A DNA stretch of 63,920 nt, the filler included, from Reticulomyxa filosa (Eukaryota; Protista; Foraminifera), in assembly GCA_000512085.1 (NCBI GenBank). It is 19 parts of 19 records of this genome, joined end to end, with 100 filler letters (N's around TTAATTAATTAA, not from the genome) between each part and the next. Parts side by side here need not be neighbours in the genome. Positions count along the whole stretch, not along the records: positions 46,599 to 55,638 come from ASPP01027773.1; positions 55,739 to 57,076 come from ASPP01013297.1; positions 57,177 to 58,464 come from ASPP01017915.1; positions 58,565 to 62,764 come from ASPP01027957.1; positions 62,865 to 63,920 come from ASPP01035666.1; 14 more parts are not named here. The stretch is one strand, 5' to 3'. The notes under the pieces were generated by a model that saw only the letters and a list, made by a program, of their open reading frames with translations, ran no database searches and was not told where the DNA came from. Positions 52,621-63,920 of the stretch are shown here, piece by piece. The first letter of the stretch is position 1. Every line of letters begins with the position of its first letter. A program made the position numbers and the translations under genes.

Positions 52621-55600
52621 ATTTTAATTTTTAATTTTTTAAATTTAATATTATAAAAATTGATTATATCCCACGTTGGATAACAATATAAGTTAAGTAT
52701 TTTTTTTTCTTTGTGTTTTTTTTAATATCAATGGCAAACAAACTTATGGCATTATAGGAATGAAAGACAAAGATTGGACCAACGATTTCGATTCAATATC
52801 AATGGAGATTGTAATAATGGAATTCAACAGCAAAGCAACTAGAACGTGGAGAAAGCGATAGATGGATAATATTGAATGCACCAAATTCTTCGTTGGTGAA
52901 GAACGTAATAATAATTTATTTCAATTCGATATTCGACGGTTCGTATTGGTGAGATATTGAAGTTTAATAAAAGAAGTGGACAAGTCAAGGACCAAGAAGT
53001 GGGCAAGTCAATGGATCAATAGCACAACTAATAATGTTAATATTTCTATATATGTGTTCAATACAGCCGCTGTTTTAGTATTTCCAACTTTATCACAAAC
53101 GTCGATCTGGATATTTTAGGTAAATAAACACACATAAAACAGTCAGTTGAGTGTAGCTTCTATAGACATATATGTAATCAATATACAGGATTTCAAAATA
53201 CAAATAATTCGCGTTCTACATTCTCTCGAAAGATATTCTCAGCATACAAGACTTTCATGGGACAGACACGCACTAAAAAAAATTAACGGCCACCAGTAAC
53301 GACAGGTGCACCTTCCAACCACACGGCCCAAAGAATTTATTTAAAACAAAGTTGTTAATTTAAACAACAACTTGCGATTCCGTATCATTGTTAATGCAAT
53401 TTCAATTCTGTTATGTCAGCGACTTTGTTGCGAGTATTTGGACATGCATCTGGGATAATCTTTAGAATTGGCTGTCGGCTATAGCACATTTGTTCAAGGA
53501 GTTAGTACATTGTCTTCAAGTCGAAAAAGCGTCCAATGTCATCGATATTTCGTGAGTAAGAATTGAAGTTGCTTCCAAGAGTGCGTCCTGTGAAAATAGG
53601 TTTGAAGCAATAAAAAATATCGAGCAAGTGAAAGTGTGTATTTTGTTAACAAGCTGCACAGAGCATAGTCTTCATATAACACATACCAATTGTTGACTAT
53701 GTCTTAGATGAATAGCCAATGTTTGAATGGTGAATAGAAGCATTGAACGTGTTACCATCGGCCGCAGATAACATTGGCACTGTTTGTGAGCAACCCGATC
53801 TCATTCGACTTACGTTAACTCCTCTCCAAATTTTATTGTCCCATACAGCCAATATTAAACATGCCCAATTAACACATATTAACACGGGCCAGCAAATGGG
53901 TGGATTTGGGTCATGACAAGCAGCCTTGAAATAGAATACACAAATTGATCATTTGGCGTCCAATAAGCAACTTGAAATTGCATTTCCAGTCTCAAGATAT
54001 TGTCCATGTCGCCACCAAGAATTACAAAAACAATCTGAATCAAATATATGGACATATGCAGCGCAATTTATATTGTCCAGCTTGGTATTTTCTTGGCCTA
54101 TCGCAATCAAAAGTAGATTGTTTGTGTAAGTGCACCAAACTAATCAATATAATATATACAGTCCACGAAAGATAACTTCCATAATATTCCTTGACGAATG
54201 TAATTGCAAGCGACAAAGAAAAGGGGACGCGTTCAAGTAAATGCATAGTCTGTGGAGAATTCCCTCATGGTACGTAATCCTGACATTACCTGAATTCAAG
54301 ACAGAAAATGCATTCACCAACTCCAGAACAACCAAAAGAATGGTATACAAAAGGACAAACCTCAAACCGAGCACGAAGGACAGCTTTATCTGAAGGTATG
54401 TGCTATTTTTATCATATTTTCAGTTGTTGTGAAATATCTTAACTAAAACAGTGTGAACATGTATTATTTAATTGTAGAATGATCTACTTTAGGTTTAGAA
54501 TGAAAAAAAGGGGATGTGATGGAGATGATGAAGAAGACAAGAAAGAACCAAAAGTGCGGACAAATAGATTGTGATATATGGATTATGCCAAGAACTATTA
54601 CATCTGGCGATGAAGCGCGAAGAAGTATTATCATATCGATAGCTGCGAAAATATAACGATGATCAATACAATAAATCCGTTTCGCCAAGACTTTGGGTGG
54701 CCTTGTATGCTCCAACTAATCAATGGGCATGATTCGTCGAATATTTGCTGCTTTCTTTTAAGTATATTAATAATTATATCGGAAGTCACACAAAATAAAG
54801 AAACAACGAAACATTTTCAAGATAAAATTAATATGACTATGTGAAAAATATAACTGCAGTTTGATTAGTGGCTTACATTAAAGTAAACAGTCAGTGCAGA
54901 TAGTGGAACTGTACATGAAGCAGAAAAAGATGCTCCAAAGAAATGTCGAAGCAAATAGTGGTGTCTTGGTGAAACTGGACGCATTACAAACTACCCAAAA
55001 AAAAAGTTGGCGCGCAAATTATATCCAGAAAATAATATAGTGATCCCCTGCATATAAATAATATGAACAGCAGCGAGTGGTGTCAATGGGAAGAGGCTGT
55101 GTCGTGAAGCGTATTGTTCCACCTACAATGTCGCGAGTGCAAATCTCCACTCAATTAAATACAAATTGTGAGTATTTTTCAAGACAGCACTCGAGTCAAG
55201 AAAAGGATACCATCATTCTCACAATTCGTGCAATACAAGTCTCATCATTGCATTAATAGCAAATGAATGACGACCTGTATTTTCAAGGACCACTCTATCT
55301 CGCAAAACATATGAACAGCCTTGCCACCGTAAACACGAATGATATTTTATGTTGAAGCAATGCCGACCCTCTTGCCTCCGTCCGTACGAAGAGACAAACA
55401 ATTGAAGTAAAATACAAAGAAGTGTGTGACTGAATGGCAACGATACAAGTTCTTGTTGCAAACATTGATTCCATTCAATGATGCACTTTATGGTCGTGAT
55501 GAAGTTTAGTTTTAGTTTTATCATAATCAACTGAAAGAGTTCAGTTTTGTTAGAACTGTGTTTGGTTTTTATTTGGCACTAGTGTGTTTGACTTCAAATT

Positions 55601-55738
55601 TAATGTATTGAGTGATATTTTTCTTTAATTCTTCTGCANNNNNNNNNNNNNNNNNNNNNNNNNNNNNNNNNNNNNNNNNNNNTTAATTAATTAANNNNNN
55701 NNNNNNNNNNNNNNNNNNNNNNNNNNNNNNNNNNNNNN

Positions 55739-56432
55739 GGGCGGTAGACATCATCAGCCCGTCCAGCGCCGAAAAGCCCATGCTGGAAGCCACGCTGTGG
55801 CCAGCCTGGATGGCGCAGGCGCTGGCGCCGCTGCCCAGATGCAGGACTACCACCTTGCTGTCGCCCAGGCCCAGTTCGGGCAGCCGGCGGGCGATGGACG
55901 CGTACGACAGCCCATGGAAGCCGTAACGGCGCAGGCCTTTGTCGTGCCAGTGGCGGGCAATGCCGAAGCGGGTGGCCACCACCGGCTGGCTGCAGTGGAA
56001 GGCGGTGTCGAAGCAGGCGATCTGCGTCAGGTGTGGGTCCAGCTTGGCAAAGGCATGCATCACCGACAGGCTGACTGGCTGGTGCAGTGGCGCCAGCGGA
56101 ATCAGTGCCGACAGCGCATCCACCACCTCCGGCGTCATCACCACCGGGCTGCGATAGTGCTGGCCGCCGTGTACCACGCGGTGTACTACCGCCTGCGGTA
56201 GCAGATCGTGGTCGGCCAGCGTGTTCAGCACCGCGGCCACGTTTTCGTCACGGCCGGCGCTGTCCAGCGGCAGCTGGAAGCGCTTGCCGCCTTTGTCCAG
56301 TTCCAGCACCGCGTTGTCGCGGCCAAAGTGATCCACCATGCCGCGCGCCAGCAGCGTCTTGCCGTCGCTGCCGTAGGCGCGGAATTTCAGGGTGGCCGAG
56401 CCTGCATTGATGGCAATCAGTGCCTTGCCCAT
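55739..56432 (-). CDS. ackA: Bacterial acetate/propionate kinase, 3' truncated
   Basis: INAGSATLKF, HRVVHGG, PLAPLHQP, CFDTAFH, RRYGFHGLSY, HLGSGASACA, SMGFSALDGLMM. AAGGAG RBS upstream of ATG 56432. GC-rich and intronless. Confidence 0.95.
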
Positions 56433-56446
56433 GCTGTCTCCTTGCA

Positions 56447-57076
56447 TTATTTGCTGCCCGCCTGCTGGCGCCGGCTGGCGGCGTAAAGGTTGGCCACGGC
56501 TGCCGAGGCCAAGCGGCCGGCAGCGTCGTCAGCGCGGCTGGTCAGCACGATGGGTACCCGGGGCCCATCACGATACCGGCGCTGGCGGCGGCAGCCAGAT
56601 AGGTAAGCTGCTTGGCCAGCATGTTGCCGGATTCAAGATCCGGCACCAGCAGGATGTCCGGTTCGCCTGCCACGTCCGATTCGATACCCTTAGTATCGGC
56701 TGCGGCGTGCGAAATGGCATTGTCGAATGCCAGCGGCCCGTCCAGCAGCGCACCCTTGATCTGCCCGCGGTCGGCCATCTTGCACAAGGCAGCCGCGTCC
56801 AGCGTGAGCGGATCTTCGGATTGATGGTTTCCACCGCCGACAAAATGGCCACTTTGGGGCGGGCCAGGCCCAGTGCGTGGCACAGGTCGATGGCGTTCTG
56901 GCAGATGTCGCGCTTGGTGGCCTAGGTCCGGTTCGATGTTGACGGCCGCGCGGTAATGAACAGGTAGCGCGGGTAGCTTTCCACCTTCATCACGAACACA
57001 TGGCTGATGCGGCGGTCGGTGCGGATGCCCTTGGCGCGGTCCAGCACCGCGCTCATGAATTCGTCGGTGTGCAGGC
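56447..57076 (-). CDS. pta: Bacterial phosphate acetyl/butyryltransferase (often MaoC-fused), 5' truncated, several single-base frameshifts
   Basis: LHTDE.MSAVL..RRISHVF, QNAIDL..ALG..PKVAILSAVET, CKMADRGQI.G..LDGPLAFDNAIS, LLVPDLESGNMLAKQL, LTSRAD. TAA at 56447-56449, just upstream of ackA. Confidence 0.92.
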
Positions 57077-57263
57077 NNNNNNNNNNNNNNNNNNNNNNNN
57101 NNNNNNNNNNNNNNNNNNNNTTAATTAATTAANNNNNNNNNNNNNNNNNNNNNNNNNNNNNNNNNNNNNNNNNNNNAAAAAAAAGCGATCCAAAGTTTTT
57201 TTTTGAGGAATTGCGACGCCCCTTGCAAAATTTTTGCACAAATATTAAGAAGTTTGATATACA

Positions 57264-58464
57264 ATGACATCACTTCCAAGCGAACCAAGAAGAAATATGC
57301 AAACAAAAGTGAAAGAAGACAATAGTTTAAAGGCTTATGGAAGAACAAGGCAGAGTGGTAAATCGATTGGCGATTCATTATTATCATTGCCAAATCAAAT
57401 TAATGATAATATGCAGTCGCATAGTCAAAGTGCAAGATCAGAGTCTTTGTAATTTGGAACTTTGGAATCTTCTTTGAAGTCTTTTGGATTTTTACATGAA
57501 TTTGTTTTTACTTGTTACCAATTGTATTTCTCGTTTTTTGGATTACAGGACACAATATTGAATTACTTGTATGTTGTCCTTTGCATAATACACATTTCTC
57601 AACAACTTCTTGAGGAGATTCTCTTGTTGACACATTTTTCAATACATGCACCGATTCTTTCGATATTTCTTTCTTCCGTTTCTCCAATTGTTCGGAAATG
57701 TAATCTTTTCTGAATATCGAACAAAAAGGGATGTTTTGTTTCTTGTTCTTAGGTTCTTGCTTTTCGTCATTGTCCAATTCTTGTGACTTGGATTGTTGTC
57801 TTAAATTGAACTGTCCTGCAATTGATTGTAATTCTTCAATGTTCACTTGACTTTGAAAATGCACAAACAACGTTTTCCATGATTGCGAGAACGTGTGTGC
57901 CTTCAATTTCTTCTCCAATGAATTTCAGAATTGATGTCTGCGACACCAATTCTTTTCCATTCACATTTGTAAATATCAATGTCGGGCTTGTCTTGCAGAA
58001 ATAATCTTTTCTCGTTTTCTTGTTTTCCTTCCATATATTTTCATCGTTCAGTTCATCTTCATTATTTTCGGATAGATTTGGAATATTCATCAAGCCCTTT
58101 GTAAAATTTGGGTCTTTTGTTTCTTGTTTGATTTCATCTTTCCGTTTTCAATATTGTCATCATCTGGCTTTGATCTTTTTAAATTTCTTCGATCAACCGG
58201 TTTGATTTCGACAGACTGCCTTCTTTTGTTTGCATTGTCAATCATTATTTCATCAAATGATTGACTATTGCAAGACCAAAGAACAAAAATCAAGTAAATG
58301 AACAAGTGAATGGCAATGGACGTAGATATTATTATACACAGAACAGGGATCAATCGGAAGAAATCAAACAGCTTAAGAATCAAATTGCATTATCACAAGC
58401 AACAGTACAGCAATTATCATCAATAGTTCAAGCATTTGTACCATCATTCAACAAACAAATGGAT
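57264..58464. mobile_element. Degenerate gag-like (non-LTR retrotransposon ORF1-like) relic with an internal inversion
   Basis: Minus-strand zinc knuckle CVLCKGQHTSNSILCP (Cx2Cx3Hx6C) and a plus-strand coiled-coil tail EEIKQLKNQIAL. No RT or endonuclease seen. Confidence 0.5.
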
Positions 58465-58599
58465 NNNNNNNNNNNNNNNNNNNNNNNNNNNNNNNNNNNN
58501 NNNNNNNNTTAATTAATTAANNNNNNNNNNNNNNNNNNNNNNNNNNNNNNNNNNNNNNNNNNNNCCGACTTCAAAAACATTTGCGTTTCTTTCGTGGGT

Positions 58600-59500
58600 C
58601 CTCCTTCGCGTTTCACTATCATATTTGCCACCAAACGTCGACCAGCAAAGTATCTACTGTTTCCAGCACACTGTATTGAAACACACAAATATGATAATAC
58701 AAAGTAAAGATAGCCTTTTTTTTTGGTGAACTTGGAAATACTTATTTCCTCATAATCATTGATCCACCAATCATTTCGCCGCGACTCAAGTCAGTTAAGC
58801 CTATTTATTTCACAACGCCTTTACAACCACGATCCAACCAACGCAGTCGCCAACTTTGATATTTTTGTTTCTTGATCCAATCGTCGTCTGCTATTCTCAC
58901 ATCATTGATTTTTATGTCATGAGCCCCTGTGTCCATTGAGCAAACTACAATTTGATCACTTCCTCGCCTTTCCTATAGTCCAATAAACTTGACCTGCCAC
59001 GAGCCAGTTTTTACTTTTCCACCAACTTTGAGTGCGTGCTTTGCTGCTTGAGGCTGGCTCCATCCTACTGGCCCAAGTTCTCTTCCAAATCGTTCAACTT
59101 GCAGTATCTGTCTTTGCATTTGAATAATTTCTTGCTATGCACTGCCATTGTTTGCAGAAATGCTTCCACTCATCCAGCTCGATGCCAATTGCGAATTGAT
59201 CTTGAGAAAATCGGTTTTTCCTAAAAACGAGTGATTCCAATTTCGCCATCTCTTGTTCCAACAAAACGAACACACCAATTTTGATTGTGTCAACTAAATT
59301 TTTTCTCCAAGTTTGAAATGAGTTGTCGTCTTGATAGTAGTCTTCATCATCCAACATATATCTTGAAAAGTCCACTGCTCCAATTTCCTGCATCACCGAC
59401 AACAGCCATGTGATCTTTTTTTTTCGTCTTGACGCATCACCAGTCGTTCTCGATTCGCGTCTGACCATGTCGTCGGTTTCGACGTAATGAGAAATACAAT
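58600..59500 (-). pseudogene. Tandem CAP-Gly domain pseudogene (about 3 units)
   Basis: KIGVFVLL..F..IGIELDEW..NNGS..LFKC; LKVGGKVK..QVKFIG; KVGDCV..GCKGVVK*IGLTDL..GEMIG. Frameshifts and stops. Confidence 0.7.
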
Positions 59501-61899
59501 CGATCGTCTGCTGCTGTGAAAAGGCTCTTGCCATTTTATCTACTGTGATCCAATTAGTCCATTTCCAACCAACCATTTCGTGTTCGTTTCCACATCGCCA
59601 ATGACTTCGCCTTGCTTCCTTTCTTCGCCCGAATGCAACAAAACTTCCTCTCATTCTTGGGCGTTTTTCACTTGATGTCCCCCCCTTATTTTTCTTTGGA
59701 CAATGCGCTCGTGCGCTTTTCTTCAATGTTTTTTGGGATAATATCCCATCCTTTTTCAATTTCCCTACCCTTTTCCATTTTCTTCGACTTTTTTTTCTTT
59801 TTTTCTTCTTTTTTTTTTCTTTTTAATTTTTTTCCCCATTGTCATTTTTTTTTCTTTTCATTTCTAACATTTTTTTTTATCTTTTTTTTCTTTTTTCTAT
59901 TTTATCATTTTCATTTTTTTATTTTTCATTTTTCTTAAATAAAATTTTCCCACCCTTTTTTTTCACCATCCCTTTTCTTTTCCCCCAAGTTTTCCCTCTC
60001 AATCTCTTAAACAAAAATAAAAAATAAAAAAATAAAAAACTTCCCAATCTTTGTCGACTCTTGCAATCCTATAGACACAGTCACAAATTAAATAATTTTT
60101 TTTAAAGAAAAAAAAACAACATACTTTGCTGTTGAGCTAAAAGCTCCAGTTCCAATCAATCTATAATTTTTTTTCTTGTCACGGGGAAGGGGGGACTAAA
60201 CAACTTTTTTTTGAAGGGGGATGCCTATTGACAAACAGACAAACATTTGATTAAAAAAAACATAAAAAATAAATAAATACAAACTCTTTTTTTTTTTTGC
60301 AATGCGGGGTGGCTTCAACCCCTAAGTTTTTCTTTGGAGGGCGAGTACGTATAATTTTTTTTAATGGACGGGTTGAGGCTATTATTAAAAAAAAACAAAG
60401 TTAATTTGTCAAAAAAAATTTATATAAATAATATAACAAACCTTTTCTTCTCCTTGCGGAGACGGGGGGCCTTACCCCATATACAATTTTTTTTTCTTTT
60501 GCTGAAAGATGCAAAGCATCCACAAAAAAATCATTCATTTTTTTTTCAAAGTGGGCAGCTGTTCAAAAGAAAAACAAATCACTTTTTTAAGCTGAAAAGT
60601 TAGAAAAAAATATATATAAGACATACCAGTGGTGGAGAGGGTGTTATCACCCTAATTTCGAGCTGGTACACAAACAACAAAAAAAAAAGAAAAAAACCCT
60701 TTTTTTCAGTAAGACATTAGCACAACTCACAAAAGTTTATTCCAAAATTGCAATTTTTTGAACATTTTGACATTTTTGACAAACAACTTGGAAAAAAGAA
60801 TTGTTAAAAATTTGTGTATATTATTTCATTTGTGGTTCCAAAAACAAATTGACCACAGATAATTAAAAATAAAATTTTTTTTTTTGAATGAATCATTACT
60901 TTTTCTTGGATAGTAATTTTTCTCCGGAAGAGAAAAAGTTTTCCCTTTAGAAAAAGTTCTCTTGGGCATTACGAATATGGTTTTAGTTGTTCTATCTTCA
61001 AACAACCTAACAATCTAAACGTCCACAACATGGAGAGTTCCTTCAGCACTGCATTCCTTTGCAAAACTGCAACAGCTGCCGAAAAAAAAAAGAAGCTAGT
61101 CAGTGTGAACACAAGGCACTCAAAATAACAACATCATTTGAAAAAAAGGTGCTGTTATCTCGACTCAAACAAACACGCTTGTCCATTGTAATTTCTCCTG
61201 GCATTGGCAATTCAGGTTGACATTGTATATCTATCTTCACAATCAAAGCGATGATACTAATTTTGTTGATGTTTGTTTCGAAAGTGCATAAAAAATGAAA
61301 TTATTAATAAATAAATAAATCAGATATTCGATCATATATCCTTCTTTTGTTCATCGATCGAAATTGATAGTTCATGATAATTGATACATAGAATTACAAA
61401 AAATCATCACACAGTGGAGGTCAATTGTTACAAGAAACCTTCTTAATGTTAATGTACGTATTAGCTTTTTTTTTTAGCAATATCATGTTTTTATTTATCA
61501 CTGCATTGTGATCAAACAAGCGACAAGCTAAAAACTCATTCAAAACATTTCAAATCTAATACTTCAATGCTTTGACTATCCAAAAAAAACAAAGAATAAC
61601 AAAGTTATAAATGATCCAATTTGTGTGTGTTCCTTTTTTCTCGAAATTATCATCAATGGGAAAAATGTTTGATACCAAAAACAAGAAAATACCACAGGTA
61701 GGTGTACACCACAAATCCGGCCTCTTTGCATATCTTTTCAAACAAATTTGCAAACAAAATCACATTGGATCAAAACACAAAGGGCTATTCCGCCACTTAC
61801 AATCGTCGACTTGCCGACTTTGACGACGGCATACCTGTAGACAACAATGACGTGAACCAACCGTCGATGATCTGTCAAGAACTCACTATGATGACGCAC

Positions 61900-62764
61900 A
61901 CTAATCAACTACTCGTGACTATGTCATCGGTGAATCAAGTTGAATTGATTAACAATAGAACAGGTGTTGTTTTTTTTAACATGCACATGTATATACGTGT
62001 ATATAATATACATGCCCTTTTTTTTCAGTTTTCATCTGTTGAATTGCATATCGATTTTTGACAGCTTAAAAAAACAATCTGTTGACTTTTTGCAGGTGTA
62101 ATCAAATACATTGGAAAAGTCCATTTTGAGTAATTCAACATGAAAGGCTACAATGGCAACAAGCCATGGTCTTCTTTGGCACTAAAGTAGTTGTTTGTCT
62201 CAAGGGAGACAATTGTAAAACGACAACCACAACGAAGAAGTATTTTTGAAATGGGCAGCCTAACGACAAAACCACGGGCCAGTGACTTTGTCAAAGGTAA
62301 AAAGTTTATTGGCGTGGAATCGATTTGGATAAACCACTCACCCAAGGCCATGCGACGAAAGACATTTACAAATTGTTCTCGCAATCGTCCGAACTGAAAT
62401 TGTATGCAGTAATGCAGTCCAATCGCGAATTTGTGGCTGTGAACAAGTTGGATCACGTTCACATACAAGATGGTCGCATTAGCATCGTCCACTACATGGG
62501 GGCTTTGGTCGAATTGATTAACAATAGAAAGGTGTTTGGTTTTTTTTTTTAAACATACGTACATATTATGTATACATAAGTATAAATAATATACATATAT
62601 GCATACCTATGTTATGTTGTAATCCCTTTTTTTCCAGTTTTGATTTATTGAATCGCATATCAATTTTTGATACCTTAAAAAAAACAATCTGTTAATTTTT
62701 TGCAGATGTGACTAAATACATTGGGAAAGACAATCGGTTTGACATTGAATTGGACGAATTCAAC
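61900..62764 (+). pseudogene. Second CAP-Gly-repeat pseudogene with a duplicated exon-intron-exon unit
   Basis: VELINNRT|GVIKYIGK, FVKGKKFIGVE, DHVHIQDGRISIVHYMG, VELINNRK|DVTKYIGK..IELDE. 61939-62120 is repeated at 62508-62730. Confidence 0.65.
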
Positions 62765-62864
62765 NNNNNNNNNNNNNNNNNNNNNNNNNNNNNNNNNNNN
62801 NNNNNNNNTTAATTAATTAANNNNNNNNNNNNNNNNNNNNNNNNNNNNNNNNNNNNNNNNNNNN

Positions 62865-63920
62865 ATGTAGATTCGTTTTTTCGTGTCACACCAATCCAAC
62901 AGCTGCACAATGTGTGGATGGTTACACTAAAGGGGTACGCAACATACATGGTCATTTCGCTCACCCGGATGTTAACTTGGTATTAACAAAGAAACAAATA
63001 AAATAACATATAAGTATATATGATATATGTACATATATGTATATATATATATATATGTATATATATACATATATGTATATATATATGTACCCGTTGCAAC
63101 ACATAAATTTCTTTCTGCAAAGCTCGAATGTCCGATTGGGACTTTCCCTTCTTGTCGATCATTTTCAACGCAAATATCTTTTTATCTGACTTTCTTGAAA
63201 TTTTTCGAATTTTGGAAAACGCTCCTCTAGCAACAACAACCACATTATAAACAGTGATGTTGTTTGCTTAGGATCTCGAGACTTACCACTTTGTGAATGA
63301 AAAGAACGAGAAAGAGAGAGGGAAAAATGTAACTGTCCAATTTTGCCGGCTTCAATCCAATACTTTTTGAAAAAGTCTTTTTCGGTCAACTCATTGGCAG
63401 GGAGTTTGATTGCCTTTTCCGTTTTCTTTGGCGGCGGACTGCCAGCGGTGTCGTTGTTGGCAGACTGCGTGCCTGACTGTGCCGGGCTGATACCAGTCAA
63501 CAAGTTTTCCTTCGACGCTTGCGACTTCGATCGGTCCTTTGTTTCGTCCGGTCGTTTGACGACTTAACTGCGCTTGTGCCATCGCGCCTTCACCATAGTT
63601 AAGTTATACATCAATATATATGTTGCATATTGATGTATACATATACGTATACATCAATATGCAACATATATATGTATACGTCAATGTATATGTATATACA
63701 TATATGGTCAGTAACAGCACGAAACCTGAAAAATCAATATCAGGTTTAGTGCGATTTCGACCGTGAGTGGCAGTCTTCAGAGTGTCTGCTTCGGATGCTT
63801 TTTTGTGAGCGATGTCCGCTTGAGTGCTTCCATTCGTGGTTGTGCTGGTGTTCGCATTTGTAGTGGCAGCAGATGTCGTCGCGGTGCTCATGTTGGTGGC
63901 CTGCATAGTTGCGTTGTGGT
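62865..63920 (-). CDS. CAMK-group Ser/Thr kinase, N-lobe, multi-exon, partial
   Basis: Spliced: KKYWIEAGKIGQ|GAFSKIRK..IFALKMIDK..LQKEIYVLQR|CNHPHIVQLLDW..KKRIY. Confidence 0.88.

Noticed and set aside
55739-57076. ackA-pta as HGT giving anaerobic acetate fermentation to the protist
   Set aside because: No physical link to host DNA, no amelioration or introns, and bacterial RBS and operon structure.
56447-57076. Frameshifts in pta as programmed frameshifting or symbiont pseudogenisation
   Set aside because: Scattered single-base losses near a contig end with otherwise conserved residues are more likely read errors.

Overview
This is not one locus. It is 19 unrelated contig pieces joined by 18 identical artificial 100-nt spacers (N44-TTAATTAATTAA-N44), so adjacency across a spacer means nothing. 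Eighteen pieces are AT-rich, intron-containing eukaryotic DNA with many homopolymer frameshifts and decayed gene copies. Their gene families (NACHT/HEAT, WD40, CAP-Gly, HLDISLEN kinases) suggest a foraminiferan such as Reticulomyxa; this is an inference. One piece (55739-57076) is GC-rich bacterial DNA carrying pta/ptb-ackA. Recognisable genes: three NACHT/HEAT-repeat (NLR-like) paralogues, a CAX Ca2+/H+ antiporter, a WD40 protein, C2-domain and ABC1-kinase relics, a TALE homeobox gene, PP4R3/SMK-1, guanylate kinase (apparently fused behind an alpha/beta-hydrolase), two CAMK-type kinases, a possible Pol5/MYBBP1A, a very large formin (hexapeptide FH1, FH2, downstream PH), a C2H2 zinc-finger gene, an importin-alpha-like gene, an intron-bearing bacterial-type AlkK/DmdB acyl-CoA ligase ending in SKL, a secreted transglutaminase-like protein, CAP-Gly pseudogenes and a gag-like retroelement ORF1 relic with an internal inversion. 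Best candidates for something undescribed: the NACHT-HEAT family with variable 114-bp repeat units, the peroxisome-targeted bacterial-type ligase, the hydrolase-guanylate kinase fusion, and the inversion bounded by 8-bp inverted repeats. No rRNA, tRNA or CRISPR array was seen. Exon boundaries were read by eye and are approximate.
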